From NCBI GenBank assembly GCA_963711835.1, contig CAVQFQ010000025.1, forward strand, positions 49,442-113,441: a stretch of DNA of 64,000 bases. Reading direction: 5' to 3'. The number at the start of each line of letters is the position of its first letter. Positions within the stretch are counted from its first letter, which is position 1. Under the pieces are notes generated by a model, which saw only the letters and a list, made by a program, of their open reading frames with translations, was not told the origin of the DNA and ran no database searches. The DNA comes from an uncultured delta proteobacterium (GTDB taxonomy: Bacteria > Desulfobacterota > RBG-13-43-22). Position numbers and translations under genes: made by a program. Below, one piece after another: positions 10,518 through 20,206 of this stretch.

Positions 10518-11564
10518 ATGTCGGTCTTCAACTCAAGAGAAAGAGTCCTTCGACTTTTTCGTCGTGAACCGTTGGATACCATGCCCGTGTTTAGTGGGAT
10601 GGGTATGGTTACTATCCAGGCTATTCGTAAGATGGGGATCCCTTTTCCCCAGGTCCATAAATCGGCGGAATACATGGCCCGGGCGGCCTTGACTTCGGCT
10701 GAAATCTTCGGTTTTGATGCCGTGGTTATCCCTTATGATATGTGTACCGTTCCCGAAGCCCTGGGCCGTGGGGTGAGCCTTTATGAGGACTCTGAGGATA
10801 TCCTTTACCCTACCGTTCCAACCAAATGGGAAAGCCTGGAGGCAGTGGAAATTCCCCCGAATTATCTTTCTTTGGGTCGGATGCCTTTGGTGGACAAGGC
10901 ATTCGGTCTTTTAAAGGCCCAGTCGGATCAGGGGTTGGCCATCGGGGGATGGGTCTTGGGACCTTTTACCATGGCCGGACAACTCCTGGAACTGGATTTT
11001 CTCTTAAAAGGAATTAGAAAGGATAAAGAACGTATCGAAGCTTTTCTGGCCACCATGACTGATCTGGTGATTGAAGTAGCACGACATTATCAGGCCCTGG
11101 GACTTGATTATATCACGATCAGGGAAATGGGTTCAGGGACGGATCTCCTTTCCCCGCGTATGTGGACGACCATCATTGAACCCAACCTAAAAAGGCTTTT
11201 TGCCGCTATCCAATCACCCAAGATTCTCCATATCTGCGGTTCCACCGACCTGATTATCGAAATGATGAATAACTGCGGGGCCGATGCCCTTAGTGTGGAT
11301 CAGAAAAACAATTTAGCCTTATCTCGAAAAAAGTTGGGGAATGAAGTGCTGCTTTTAGGTAATTTCGATCCCTACCGTACTCTAGTGCATATGGACCCTT
11401 CTCAGGTGGAGTCGATTATTAAGAAGTGTATCGATGACGGTGCGGATGCGGTCTGGCCAGGATGTGACTTGTGGCCTGATGTGAATGAAGAAAATCTGAA
11501 AGTTGCTTTAAATACCATAAAGACTTATGGTCGCAAGCCGAGTCCCGCAGTCGGAAGGCTCTAA
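10518..11564 (+). CDS. MtaA/CmuA-family (URO-D fold) methyltransferase
   Basis: GPFTMA, ILHICG and WPGCDL motifs; RBS AAGGAG. Confidence 0.88.
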   Translation: MSVFNSRERVLRLFRREPLDTMPVFSGMGMVTIQAIRKMGIPFPQVHKSAEYMARAALTSAEIFGFDAVVIPYDMCTVPEALGRGVSLYEDSEDILYPTVPTKWESLEAVEIPPNYLSLGRMPLVDKAFGLLKAQSDQGLAIGGWVLGPFTMAGQLLELDFLLKGIRKDKERIEAFLATMTDLVIEVARHYQALGLDYITIREMGSGTDLLSPRMWTTIIEPNLKRLFAAIQSPKILHICGSTDLIIEMMNNCGADALSVDQKNNLALSRKKLGNEVLLLGNFDPYRTLVHMDPSQVESIIKKCIDDGADAVWPGCDLWPDVNEENLKVALNTIKTYGRKPSPAVGRL

Positions 11565-11589
11565 TAAATTTTATGAAAGGAGAAAAAAC

Positions 11590-12252
11590 ATGGCAAGCAA
11601 GGACGAATTGCACAAGGTCTTAAAGGAGGGAGTAATTAACTTTCAGGAAGAGGAAGTCAGGGAGGGGGCTCAAAAGATTCTGGCGGAAGGGTACGATCCT
11701 CTGGAAGCGGTCATGGATGGGCTCGCTGCCGGGATGCTGGTCGTGGGAGATCTTTATGAACGCAACGAGTATTTCGTTCCCGAGGTGCTCATGTGCGCCG
11801 ATGCCCTGTATGCCGGGTTGGACATTTTAAGACCCCATATCCCGAAAAAGGAAGGCAATATCAAGGGGCAGGTCGTTATCGGGACCGTTCAGGGGGATGT
11901 CCATGATATCGGTAAGAACCTAATTAAGATGATGTTTGATGTAAGCGGTTTCCAGGTTCATGATCTGGGTCGGGATGTCCCCGTGGAGAAGTTCGTGGCG
12001 GAACAGATGCGCACCGATTCCGAAATCGTCGCCCTGTCGGCGATGATGAGTACAACCATGCTGGGCATGAAAAAAGTAATCCAGATGATCAAGGAAAAAA
12101 ATCCCAACGTAGCCATTATGCTGGGTGGGGCACCGGTTTCTCAGGATGTAACCAAGTTGTTCGGTGCGGATGGCTATGCCGAATCGGCAGGTAATGCCGT
12201 TGAAGAGGCCATAAAAATGATCGGCCGTCTCCGGGAACTTAAGAAGGCGTAA
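11590..12252 (+). CDS. methyltransferase corrinoid protein (MtaC/MtbC-like)
   Basis: YFVPEVLMCA cap domain; GDVHDIGKN base-off/His-on motif; LGGAP; ATG after AAGGAG. Confidence 0.92.
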   Translation: MASKDELHKVLKEGVINFQEEEVREGAQKILAEGYDPLEAVMDGLAAGMLVVGDLYERNEYFVPEVLMCADALYAGLDILRPHIPKKEGNIKGQVVIGTVQGDVHDIGKNLIKMMFDVSGFQVHDLGRDVPVEKFVAEQMRTDSEIVALSAMMSTTMLGMKKVIQMIKEKNPNVAIMLGGAPVSQDVTKLFGADGYAESAGNAVEEAIKMIGRLRELKKA

Positions 12253-12393
12253 AAAGGGCCTCCTGTAATTATCTCCTTTTTCATTCAGCCGAAGGCCGAA
12301 ACCCAGTCGTTTGATATGGTTCGGGCTTCCGGCTTTCGCCGTAGTGACGGAATTTGTGAGTTGGGCAAGAGAATCCAATAAGGGAGGGAAAGT

Positions 12394-14451
12394 TTGAAGG
12401 ATAACAACGCGACTGTGATTTTCCAACCTTCTGGCCGCAGAGGGCTTGTTGAGAAAGGGATTTCTTTAATTGAGGCTTCCCGAAGGTTGGGTGTAGACAT
12501 CGAGGCCTTATGTGGGGAGAAAAAGAAGTGCGGCAAATGCAAGATTCGGATTGAAGAGGGTTTTTTTGAAAAGTTCGGTATTCAATCCAGCCTGTCCCAT
12601 ACGTCTCCCTGGTTGGAAGAGGAAGATAAGTATGTCAATGAACAGGAGAAGAACACCGGTTATCGCCTGGGATGTGTTGCCAATGTTGAGGGGGATCTTT
12701 TGGTCTTCGTACCGGAAGAATCCCGGGCCGGCAAACAGGTGGTGAGTAAAAAGGCCCGGGACATCTACATCGAGCATAACCCGGCCGTCAGGATCTATTA
12801 TGTCGAAGTGGACCCGCCTACTTTTGAGGACCCTACCGGCGATTTTGAACGAATCTGTAGGGAGCTGGAAAAACAATATGGGCTTGGCAAGTTAACGATC
12901 GACTTCTTCACCCTTCGGCAACTCCCCATGGCCCTTCGCGATGGAGACTGGAAAGTGACCGTGAGCATCTGGAATGACCTTGAGATCATCCGGGTGCGGC
13001 CCGGCAAGGCCGAGGCTGCTTATGGAATCGCCATTGATGTGGGGACTACCACCGTGGCCGGGTATTTTTGCAATCTCAACACCATGGAGGTTGTAGATAC
13101 CGTCACCCTGATGAATCCTCAGTGTAAATACGGGGAAGACGTCATGGCCCGAATTACCTGTCATATGACGAACCCGGACGGCCTCAAACGGATGAGCGAC
13201 GACATTATCGAGGGCCTGAACTGGATCATCGGTGAGGCCGTTAAGAACACCTTTCCTCCCAAGAAAAAGGTAAAAAGATCTGACGGGGAGGAAGGCCCTG
13301 AGGAATGGGTGGAGGTGCCGGAAGAAGGGAAGACCTATCTCCGGCTTACCTTGGATGATGTCGAGGATGTAACCATTGGCGGGAATACAGCCATGCATCA
13401 TATCCTGCTCCAGCTCAACCCGGAATTTGTGGGGATGGCCCCCTTTCCTCCGGTGATTCATCACAGCCTGGATGTCAAGACCCGGGATATCGGTCTCAAT
13501 ATTAACCGCGGATCCTATGTCTTCGTCCTGCCAAATGAGGCAGGTTTCGTGGGGGCCGATAATGTGGGGGTGCTTATCGCAGAGGAACCCTATAAGTCCG
13601 ATGAGACCCAGCTTATCATTGATATCGGGACAAACGGCGAGCTGGTTCTGGGCAACAGGCACAAGCTGATATCCTCCTCATGTGCTACGGGCCCGGCCCT
13701 GGAAGGGGCCCAGCTTCAATTCGGCATGCGGGCCGCCCCGGGGGCCATTGAACGGATCAAAATTGATCCGGAGACCCATGAAGTGGATTACAAGGTGATC
13801 GGGCGGGATGCCTGGCGGCAGTACTCCGAACCCAAGGAGATGAAGACCAAGGGAATCTGCGGATCGGGGATCCTGGATGTCTTGGCCGAACTTTATCGTT
13901 CCGGGGTTATTATGAAGAGCGGTGTGTTCAGTAAGAATCAAAAATCGAACCGCTCCCGTATTAATCCGGAAACCAAGCAACCTGAATTTGTGATTGCCTG
14001 GGCAAATGAGACTAGTATCGGGCGGGATGTGGTAATTTCCCAAAAGGATATCAGACAAATCCAACTGGCCAAAGGAGCCCTATATTGCGGATGTAAATTG
14101 ATGATGCGGCGTATGGGTATTGATAAGGTGGAGATAGTAAAGATTGCCGGGGCTTTTGGTACCCACGTAGACCGAGAAAAGGCCTTGATCATGGGTCTAT
14201 TCCCGGATTGTGCGATCGACAAGATTGTTTCCATAGGAAACGCCGCCGGGGATGGAGCTAGGGCGGCCCTGTTGAACCGGGAAAAACGGATTGAGGCCAA
14301 CTGGGTCTCCCGCAATGTGGAATATATTGAATTGACGGTGGAAAAGGATTTCCAGGTTCAATTTATGGAGGCCATGCAGATACCCCATATGAAGGATGCC
14401 TTTCTCCATTTGGAAGGATTGGTAAGAGCTGAAATTCTTCACCAGAAATAA
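12394..14451 (+). CDS. RACE/RamA-type ATP-dependent corrinoid reductive activator (2Fe-2S + ASKHA/DUF4445)
   Basis: CGEKKKCGKC...RLGC ferredoxin; DVGTTT, DIGTNGE, SCATGPALEG, GICGSG, GNAAGDGA. Confidence 0.9.
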   Translation: MKDNNATVIFQPSGRRGLVEKGISLIEASRRLGVDIEALCGEKKKCGKCKIRIEEGFFEKFGIQSSLSHTSPWLEEEDKYVNEQEKNTGYRLGCVANVEGDLLVFVPEESRAGKQVVSKKARDIYIEHNPAVRIYYVEVDPPTFEDPTGDFERICRELEKQYGLGKLTIDFFTLRQLPMALRDGDWKVTVSIWNDLEIIRVRPGKAEAAYGIAIDVGTTTVAGYFCNLNTMEVVDTVTLMNPQCKYGEDVMARITCHMTNPDGLKRMSDDIIEGLNWIIGEAVKNTFPPKKKVKRSDGEEGPEEWVEVPEEGKTYLRLTLDDVEDVTIGGNTAMHHILLQLNPEFVGMAPFPPVIHHSLDVKTRDIGLNINRGSYVFVLPNEAGFVGADNVGVLIAEEPYKSDETQLIIDIGTNGELVLGNRHKLISSSCATGPALEGAQLQFGMRAAPGAIERIKIDPETHEVDYKVIGRDAWRQYSEPKEMKTKGICGSGILDVLAELYRSGVIMKSGVFSKNQKSNRSRINPETKQPEFVIAWANETSIGRDVVISQKDIRQIQLAKGALYCGCKLMMRRMGIDKVEIVKIAGAFGTHVDREKALIMGLFPDCAIDKIVSIGNAAGDGARAALLNREKRIEANWVSRNVEYIELTVEKDFQVQFMEAMQIPHMKDAFLHLEGLVRAEILHQK

Positions 14452-14462
14452 GCAGGGTTTAA

Positions 14463-14807
14463 ATGCAGAAAGACCAACCAGAGAAGAGAGGCGTCCAAGT
14501 ATCCGTGGAACCGGGTATTTGCGGCTTTTCTTGTACGATCAAGGCCAGGATAAAGGAACGCTGGTCAGTGCAACTGGAAATTAATTCCGGCTGTGAGCAG
14601 ATCCAGAACCTTTCTAACCTCTTGAAGGATATTACGGTCAAGGATTTGTTTTTGCCTATAACCCGGAATCCTCTTTATCTTTCGGCTGAACAAGCGGGTT
14701 GTCACCCTTCCTGCGCGGTTCCGGTAGCGGCGGTTAAAGCGACCGAAGTGGCCATGGGGACAGCCCTGCCGCAAGAGGTCAAGATTGAATTCGAGGTCAT
14801 GAAATAA
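14463..14807 (+). CDS. small Cys-containing protein, DUF6951-like
   Basis: GICGF...SGC...CHPSCAVP pattern; paralog at 30478. Confidence 0.6.
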   Translation: MQKDQPEKRGVQVSVEPGICGFSCTIKARIKERWSVQLEINSGCEQIQNLSNLLKDITVKDLFLPITRNPLYLSAEQAGCHPSCAVPVAAVKATEVAMGTALPQEVKIEFEVMK

Positions 14808-14834
14808 TTTAAATTTATTGCGGAAAGGTAAAAA

Positions 14835-16106
14835 ATGATTTCAAAACCTATCCATCTGGTAGTCGTTCATAGTGGAGATTCAAATTGAAAGCCCTGCGAG
14901 CGGGCGCTGGATGCGGCTCAAAAGATAAAGGATCGTTTTGGCAATGCCATCCGATTCGAAGCCTTTACCATTGCTTCGGAAGAAGGAAAGGCCTTTAAAG
15001 TCACCACCTCAACCAATGTCTTTGTAAATGGGGAACTGCTTCCCCTAAACACCTGGCTGGAGGAAGAGAAATTCGTTCAGTATATTCAGGAAGCTATCGG
15101 AGGAAAGGAAAAAGCAGCCGGAAAGATTGAGGTACACGAAAAGTTCGACGTGGTGATCATTGGCGGCGGCCCGGCCGGATTGACGGCAGGTATCTATTGT
15201 GCTCGCGCCAGGCTGAAAACCATCTTATTGGAAGGGGCCAGCCTTGGTGGTCAGGTGGCTATGACGGACAAGATTGAAAATTACCCGGGGTACACCGGCG
15301 AAAGCGGCCCTGAATTAATTAATACTATGGAAAGGCAGGCCAGGAAGTTCGGTCTTGAGATACAAACGTTCAAAACGGTGACCCAGATCATGGGAGACGG
15401 GTTGCTCAAAGAAGTCTATGCCGGAAATGATCTTTATCCCTGCGAGGCGCTTATCTTAGCCACCGGCCTTAAGACATCGGAATTAAATCTTGAAAAAGAA
15501 GATTATTTCAGGGGCAAAGGCCTGTCGTATTGTGCCGTTTGTGATGCTAATTTTTTTGTCGGAAAGAAAGTTGTGGTCGTCGGGGGCGGGGACACCGCGG
15601 CTGAAGATGCCTTGTACCTGTCCAAATTTGCCTCACAGGTTTTTATTGTCCACAGAAGGGACGAGTTGCGGGCGGCAAAAATATTACAAGAAGCCGTTTC
15701 CTGCAATGAAAAGATCACCGTCTTGTGGAGCCATGTCGTCCAGAGTCTGGTTGGGGACACGGTGTTGGAGGGGCTGGTTTTGAGGGATCTGAAGACCGGA
15801 AACGAAACCAGGCTGGATGTGGAGGGTTTTTTCGTTGCCATTGGATCTCGTCCCTACACCGGCTTCATTAAAAACCTGGTGGCTATGGATGAACAAGGGT
15901 TTGTCCTGGTAAATTCCAGGATGGAGACTTCCTATCCAGGTATCTTTGCGGCTGGTGATATCAGAGACACCCCTTTGAGACAGGTATCCACAGCCGTTGG
16001 CGATGGGGCCATTGCGGCCATATCGGCTGAAAAATTTGTCAGAGACGTGAAGGATAAAGGCGAGTGTAAACTACCCGAATCAAAAACGGCCTCCTTTCCT
16101 TTTTGA
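14835..16106 (+). CDS. putative selenoprotein: UxxC thioredoxin-like domain fused to thioredoxin reductase (423 aa)
   Basis: ATG 14835 is in frame with the TrxR ORF; only interruption is TGA 14886 in SN-U-KPC; TrxR motifs GGGPAG, YCAVCD, GGGDTA, FAAGD. Confidence 0.8.
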
Positions 16107-16109
16107 TTC

Positions 16110-17057
16110 ATGGTTCTGAAAAACAGAATGCCTCCAGTAACTATGTATATCATAGGCGGTTTCCTTGGTTCCGGGAAGACCACTTTTTTGCAAACCCTGT
16201 TGGATTGGCAGGGCGATCTTTCCTCCACCGCTGTTATGGTTAACGAATTTGGGGAAATCTCGGTTGACGGGATGCTCCTGGATTCGAAAGGTAGCCAGCT
16301 TGTGGAATTGGCCAGCGGATGCATCTGCTGCTCCATGAGAGGGGAATTTATCAAGAGTTTGGAGAATGTTTTAGATAATTTTACGATTACCAGAATTTTT
16401 GTTGAGACAACGGGCGTGGCCGATACCTTGGAACTTATTTCGGTTCTGAAAGAATCCAAGGTCTCGGAACGTGTTGCCCTGAAAAAGATTATTTGCGTCC
16501 TGGATGCCGACCTCTGGCCGGGAAGAGATAATTTTGGGCTGGTTTTTTTAAATCAAATAAAGGCTGCCGATCTGATCCTTCTCAATAAAGTCGATCTCGT
16601 CGAAAAAGGTCAGGTGGTTCCCTTTATGGAAGAGATACAAAAGATAAATCCCGACAGTCTGGTCATCCCTACTTATTACTGCAGGATAGACCTGGATCTG
16701 CTTTTGGATGGGGAAGAACGAGATCGCCCCCTGCGCCTCGACACAGTGAATGGGCTGCCAGACTTTAATTCTAATCTGGAGAAGCCCATCGGTTTTGCGA
16801 CTTTTCTTTTTCAGGAGGAGGGCTCGCTCTCCGAGGCTTGTTTCAAAGAGTTCCTTGATAAAATCCCTCCCCACATTTTTCGTATTAAGGGGCAAGTAAG
16901 GTTTTCGGGAAAGGCTTTTCTGCTGAACCATGTCGGAGGCAGGAGCCAATGGATCGAATCTGAAAACAAAAGTGGCTCCCAATTGGTCTTTATCGGCTGG
17001 AATATGGATACGGAGGCCCTTAAGGCCGATCTGGCAGCTTGCCTGGAGGGCAAGTGA
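16110..17057 (+). CDS. CobW/COG0523-family GTPase metallochaperone
   Basis: GFLGSGKTT, NEFG, GCICC, ETTG, NKVD, RIKG motifs. Confidence 0.88.
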   Translation: MVLKNRMPPVTMYIIGGFLGSGKTTFLQTLLDWQGDLSSTAVMVNEFGEISVDGMLLDSKGSQLVELASGCICCSMRGEFIKSLENVLDNFTITRIFVETTGVADTLELISVLKESKVSERVALKKIICVLDADLWPGRDNFGLVFLNQIKAADLILLNKVDLVEKGQVVPFMEEIQKINPDSLVIPTYYCRIDLDLLLDGEERDRPLRLDTVNGLPDFNSNLEKPIGFATFLFQEEGSLSEACFKEFLDKIPPHIFRIKGQVRFSGKAFLLNHVGGRSQWIESENKSGSQLVFIGWNMDTEALKADLAACLEGK

Positions 17058-17111
17058 TCATGAAGGAAGGACTTTCCAAAAGTGTTTGGATATCAGAAAG
17101 GGGATTGGGCC

Positions 17112-17549
17112 GTGGATAAGGAGTCTATTCAAAAAGGTATGCTGGCCTTAGCGCAGGAGGGATTTCGCTGCAGCCAAATTATGCTGGCCTTGGGACTCAA
17201 ACGCCAGGGCAAGGAAAACCCGGATCTGATTCGAGCCATGGGCGGTTTGATCGTCGGGGTCGGCTACAGCGGCAAGATTTGCGGTGCCCTCACCGGGGGT
17301 ACTTGCCTGATCACTTTGTATGCCGGTAGGGGGCGGGCTGATGAGAAAGAGCACCCTAAGCTGTGGCCCATGGTCCAGGAATTCGTTGAATGGTTTGAGT
17401 CGGAGATAGGGGAAAACAAGGGAATCATTGACTGTGATGGGATCCTGGAAAGAGCCGGTGTAGCTAAACCTTCCAGCGAGACCTGCGGACCGATCGTACT
17501 TAAAGCCTACATAAAGGCCGTTTCCATTTTAGAGGCAAACGGACTATAG
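17112..17549 (+). CDS. C-GCAxxG-C-C family putative redox protein
   Basis: CSQ...ICGALTGG...C...C pattern; probable GTG start at 17112. Confidence 0.75.
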   Translation: MDKESIQKGMLALAQEGFRCSQIMLALGLKRQGKENPDLIRAMGGLIVGVGYSGKICGALTGGTCLITLYAGRGRADEKEHPKLWPMVQEFVEWFESEIGENKGIIDCDGILERAGVAKPSSETCGPIVLKAYIKAVSILEANGL

Positions 17550-17599
17550 CAAAAAAAATACCATAAATTAAACTCGAAAAAGAAAGGGGGCGAGAGAAG

Positions 17600-17818
17600 G
17601 TGGCGAACGAAATAAAGACAAGCAAGTTGCAGATTATTGCCAATACGGGGAACTGAATACCGATTATTAAAATAGCCCTGGAAGGGACTGAAGGGGTTGA
17701 AAAGGCCGAGGTCGATATTCAATATGCCACCGTATGGCATGATCCGGCTAAGGTTTCTGCTGATCAGTTGGCCGCCATAGTAACCAAAGCAGGAAAAGAT
17801 TGTTTTCCTGTAAGTTAA
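17600..17818 (+). CDS. putative HMA/CopZ-fold selenoprotein with a single Sec (72 aa)
   Basis: GTG after purine-rich RBS; MANEIKTSKLQIIANTGN-U-IPIIKIALEGTEGVEKAEVDIQYATVWHDPAKVSADQLAAIVTKAG; TGA 17654; fills the operon gap. Confidence 0.75.
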
Positions 17819-17842
17819 GACAAGCCTGAAAGGAGGGCAAAC

Positions 17843-18892
17843 ATGAGCATTCCAAAAGACAAAATGACCCCCAAGGAAAGAATGGGCTCCCTACTTCAAG
17901 GAAAACCCATTGACAGAGTCCCTTGCATTCCGGTTATCCTTAACGGTTGTGCCAGAGTGGCAGGCTATACCATCAAGGAAATGACCCTGGACGGAGAGAA
18001 GTTCGGTAAGGCTAATGTAGCCACTTATAAAAAATACGGCCATGATATGATTTGTCTGCTTGATGCCACGGGTACCACAGCCGAGGCAGCGGGAACCAAA
18101 CTGAATTATCCGGATGAGATGCCTGCTTTTGTGGAAGACCCCTTGATCAAGTCCAGGGACGATTTAAAAAAGCTGCGTCCACTGGACCCCACCAAGGATG
18201 GCCGCCTCAACAATTACCTGATAGCCACGGAGTATTGCGTTTCAGAAGTAGGCAACGAGGTGTTTGTCGGGACCCTCTTTGCCGGCGCCTTTACCACCGC
18301 AGCCTGTTTGAGAGGCACTGAGGCCCTTTTGAAAGATATCTATAAAGATAAAGAAATGGTCCATCATCTGGTGAGATGGGCAACCGACGTCACCATACCT
18401 TTTTTAGATGAAGTCATCAAAAGAGGGGGCGTTCCGTTTTTGTGTGAGCCGGTAGGTACGGGAAGCATCCTGAATCCCAAAGCCTTTGCTGAATTTGTAG
18501 AACCGTATCAGAAAGAATTAAACGATTTTGTAAAATCTAAAGGTCTCCCCGCGCTAAATCATATCTGTGGGAATTCCCTGCCGATCATGGAACCTTGGCT
18601 CCGGACCGGCCCGACGGTCATTAGTGTGGATCGGGTGGATATCGGGGAGATCTCAAAAAAGTTTGGAGATAAGGTGGGATTGTGTGGGAATGTCAATCCC
18701 GGGAAGACGCTCTTTATGGGTTCCCCGGAAGCGGTCGATGCCGAGGTAAAGGATATTATGGAAAAAGCTGGGAAAAATCCCTGCGGTTTTGTGCTGGCTT
18801 CGGGGTGCGAAGTGCCCAGTGAAACGCCTCCGGAGAATATCTTTGCCATGATGGATGCCGCGAGAAAATATGGGCAACATCCATTACCTTAG
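17843..18892 (+). CDS. URO-D/MtaA-CmuA family methyltransferase
   Basis: MTPKER...DRVP, GAFTTA, NHICGN, SGCEV motifs. Confidence 0.88.
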   Translation: MSIPKDKMTPKERMGSLLQGKPIDRVPCIPVILNGCARVAGYTIKEMTLDGEKFGKANVATYKKYGHDMICLLDATGTTAEAAGTKLNYPDEMPAFVEDPLIKSRDDLKKLRPLDPTKDGRLNNYLIATEYCVSEVGNEVFVGTLFAGAFTTAACLRGTEALLKDIYKDKEMVHHLVRWATDVTIPFLDEVIKRGGVPFLCEPVGTGSILNPKAFAEFVEPYQKELNDFVKSKGLPALNHICGNSLPIMEPWLRTGPTVISVDRVDIGEISKKFGDKVGLCGNVNPGKTLFMGSPEAVDAEVKDIMEKAGKNPCGFVLASGCEVPSETPPENIFAMMDAARKYGQHPLP

Positions 18893-18908
18893 ATAGGAGG
18901 TGTAACTT

Positions 18909-19139
18909 ATGGAAGACATAAAAGAGATTATCATTAAGATCCCCAGCTTAACTTGAACTACTTGAGAGGTGATGGTTAACGCGGCTCTGGATGAGTCCGT
19001 CGGCGTTCTTGAGTATGAAACAAGTATTGCAACACTGCAAACACGGGTGAAATTTAATTCAAATCAAACCAACGAAGAGACCTTGATGGAAAATATCAAG
19101 AAGAAAACAGGTTATAGTAACCTATACGTACTCTCATAA
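18909..19139 (+). CDS. putative HMA/CopZ-fold selenoprotein with UxxU motif (76 aa)
   Basis: GGAGG RBS, ATG 18909; MEDIKEIIIKIPSLT-U-TT-U-EVMVNAALDESVGVLEY...KKTGY; TGA at 18954 and 18963 replace both Cys of the MxCxxC motif. Confidence 0.82.
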
Positions 19140-19147
19140 GGTTCGTG

Positions 19148-19201
19148 TCCTTTCTGGGGGGCGGAGATTTCTATCCTATCCCCAGAAAGGATAAATTTTT
19201 C
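19148..19201 (+). terminator. probable intrinsic terminator closing the selenoprotein operon
   Basis: TCCTTTCTGGGG...CCCCAGAAAGGA 12-bp stem followed by a T-rich tract. Confidence 0.6.
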
Positions 19202-19474
19202 AATCAGGGTCGTTCAATTCCCTTTCGTCATTCCACTATTAAATCCCTTCAGGAAGAATTTTTTTTCATATCGGCATTAATATTTCAACCAAGTTATAAG
19301 AATGAGCTAGAAGAAAAAATATATTATCGGAAATATCTATTTAAAAATAAATTTGCATCCAAATTTTCTATTTGATCTATCGCCTTAACCATAATAATAG
19401 AACAACATTTAGATTCCTAGTTCAGCACAATCTGTATGCGCAATTAAGTTGAATCAAAATAGAGAGGCTGAGAA

Positions 19475-20083
19475 ATGAAAGAGAAAAGGATCATTGATTG
19501 TCGAGGCCTTGCCTGCCCTCAACCGGTAATTCAAACTAAGGAGGCCCTTGAAAAGTTCTCAGCCGGCTGTCTTCAAGTTATAGCCGATAATGATTCCTCC
19601 TGCATCAATGTCAGGCGTTACGCCGAGAGCCAGGGGCATCTGGTTCAAGTTGAGGAAAAGGAAGGAAATTATTTTTTGGAGATTGAGAAAAGAAATGCTT
19701 CAATTGCCTCGGATAGGTTAACCGAAGTTTCCCAGGAAGCTCAGGAAAAGAGCCTTGTGATTTATATTGCTTCCGAAGGGGTTGGAAGGGGAGATGATGA
19801 ATTGGGCCGTATTCTAATGGCCGCCTACCTGGATACCCTCTCCCAATTTGCCCGAGAGATCTCTCACCTGATTTTTATGAATAGTGGGGTCAAGTTGGCA
19901 GTGGAGGGCTCTTCAGTTCTTGAGCAAATAGAAAATCTGAAGAGCATGGGTGTCGAGGTGCTGAGCTGCGGTACCTGCTTGAATTTTTTCGGGGTTATTG
20001 AAAAACTTCGAGTCGGCTCTGTTTCCAATATGATGATTATACAGGAGATCCTTTCTAAGGCGAAAAAGGTCTTGAGCCCATAA
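19475..20083 (+). CDS. yedF: selenium metabolism protein YedF (TusA-like + DsrE-like)
   Basis: IDCRGLACPQPV N-terminus; GRGDDELGRILM; MNSGVKL; SCGTCL; VGSVSNM. Confidence 0.85.
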   Translation: MKEKRIIDCRGLACPQPVIQTKEALEKFSAGCLQVIADNDSSCINVRRYAESQGHLVQVEEKEGNYFLEIEKRNASIASDRLTEVSQEAQEKSLVIYIASEGVGRGDDELGRILMAAYLDTLSQFAREISHLIFMNSGVKLAVEGSSVLEQIENLKSMGVEVLSCGTCLNFFGVIEKLRVGSVSNMMIIQEILSKAKKVLSP

Positions 20084-20206
20084 AAAATAAACCGGTGAAT
20101 TTTCACCTACTGAGGCGGATATCTTATTTTTCAAATATAAAATAATACCTCCCGATCGATCATGTCGGTTAAACGGATTGTTTGTACCTGTGATGAAAGG
20201 AGCTGC

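Noticed and set aside
11590-12252. Corrinoid proteins as HgcA mercury methylase
   Set aside because: They have the DxHxxG His-on motif, lack the N(V/I)WCA cap helix and membrane domain, and no HgcB is adjacent
19145-19375. ORF-track 76-aa ORF (also 9980..10234)
   Set aside because: AT-rich, no motifs, overlapping terminator or promoter features; likely spurious
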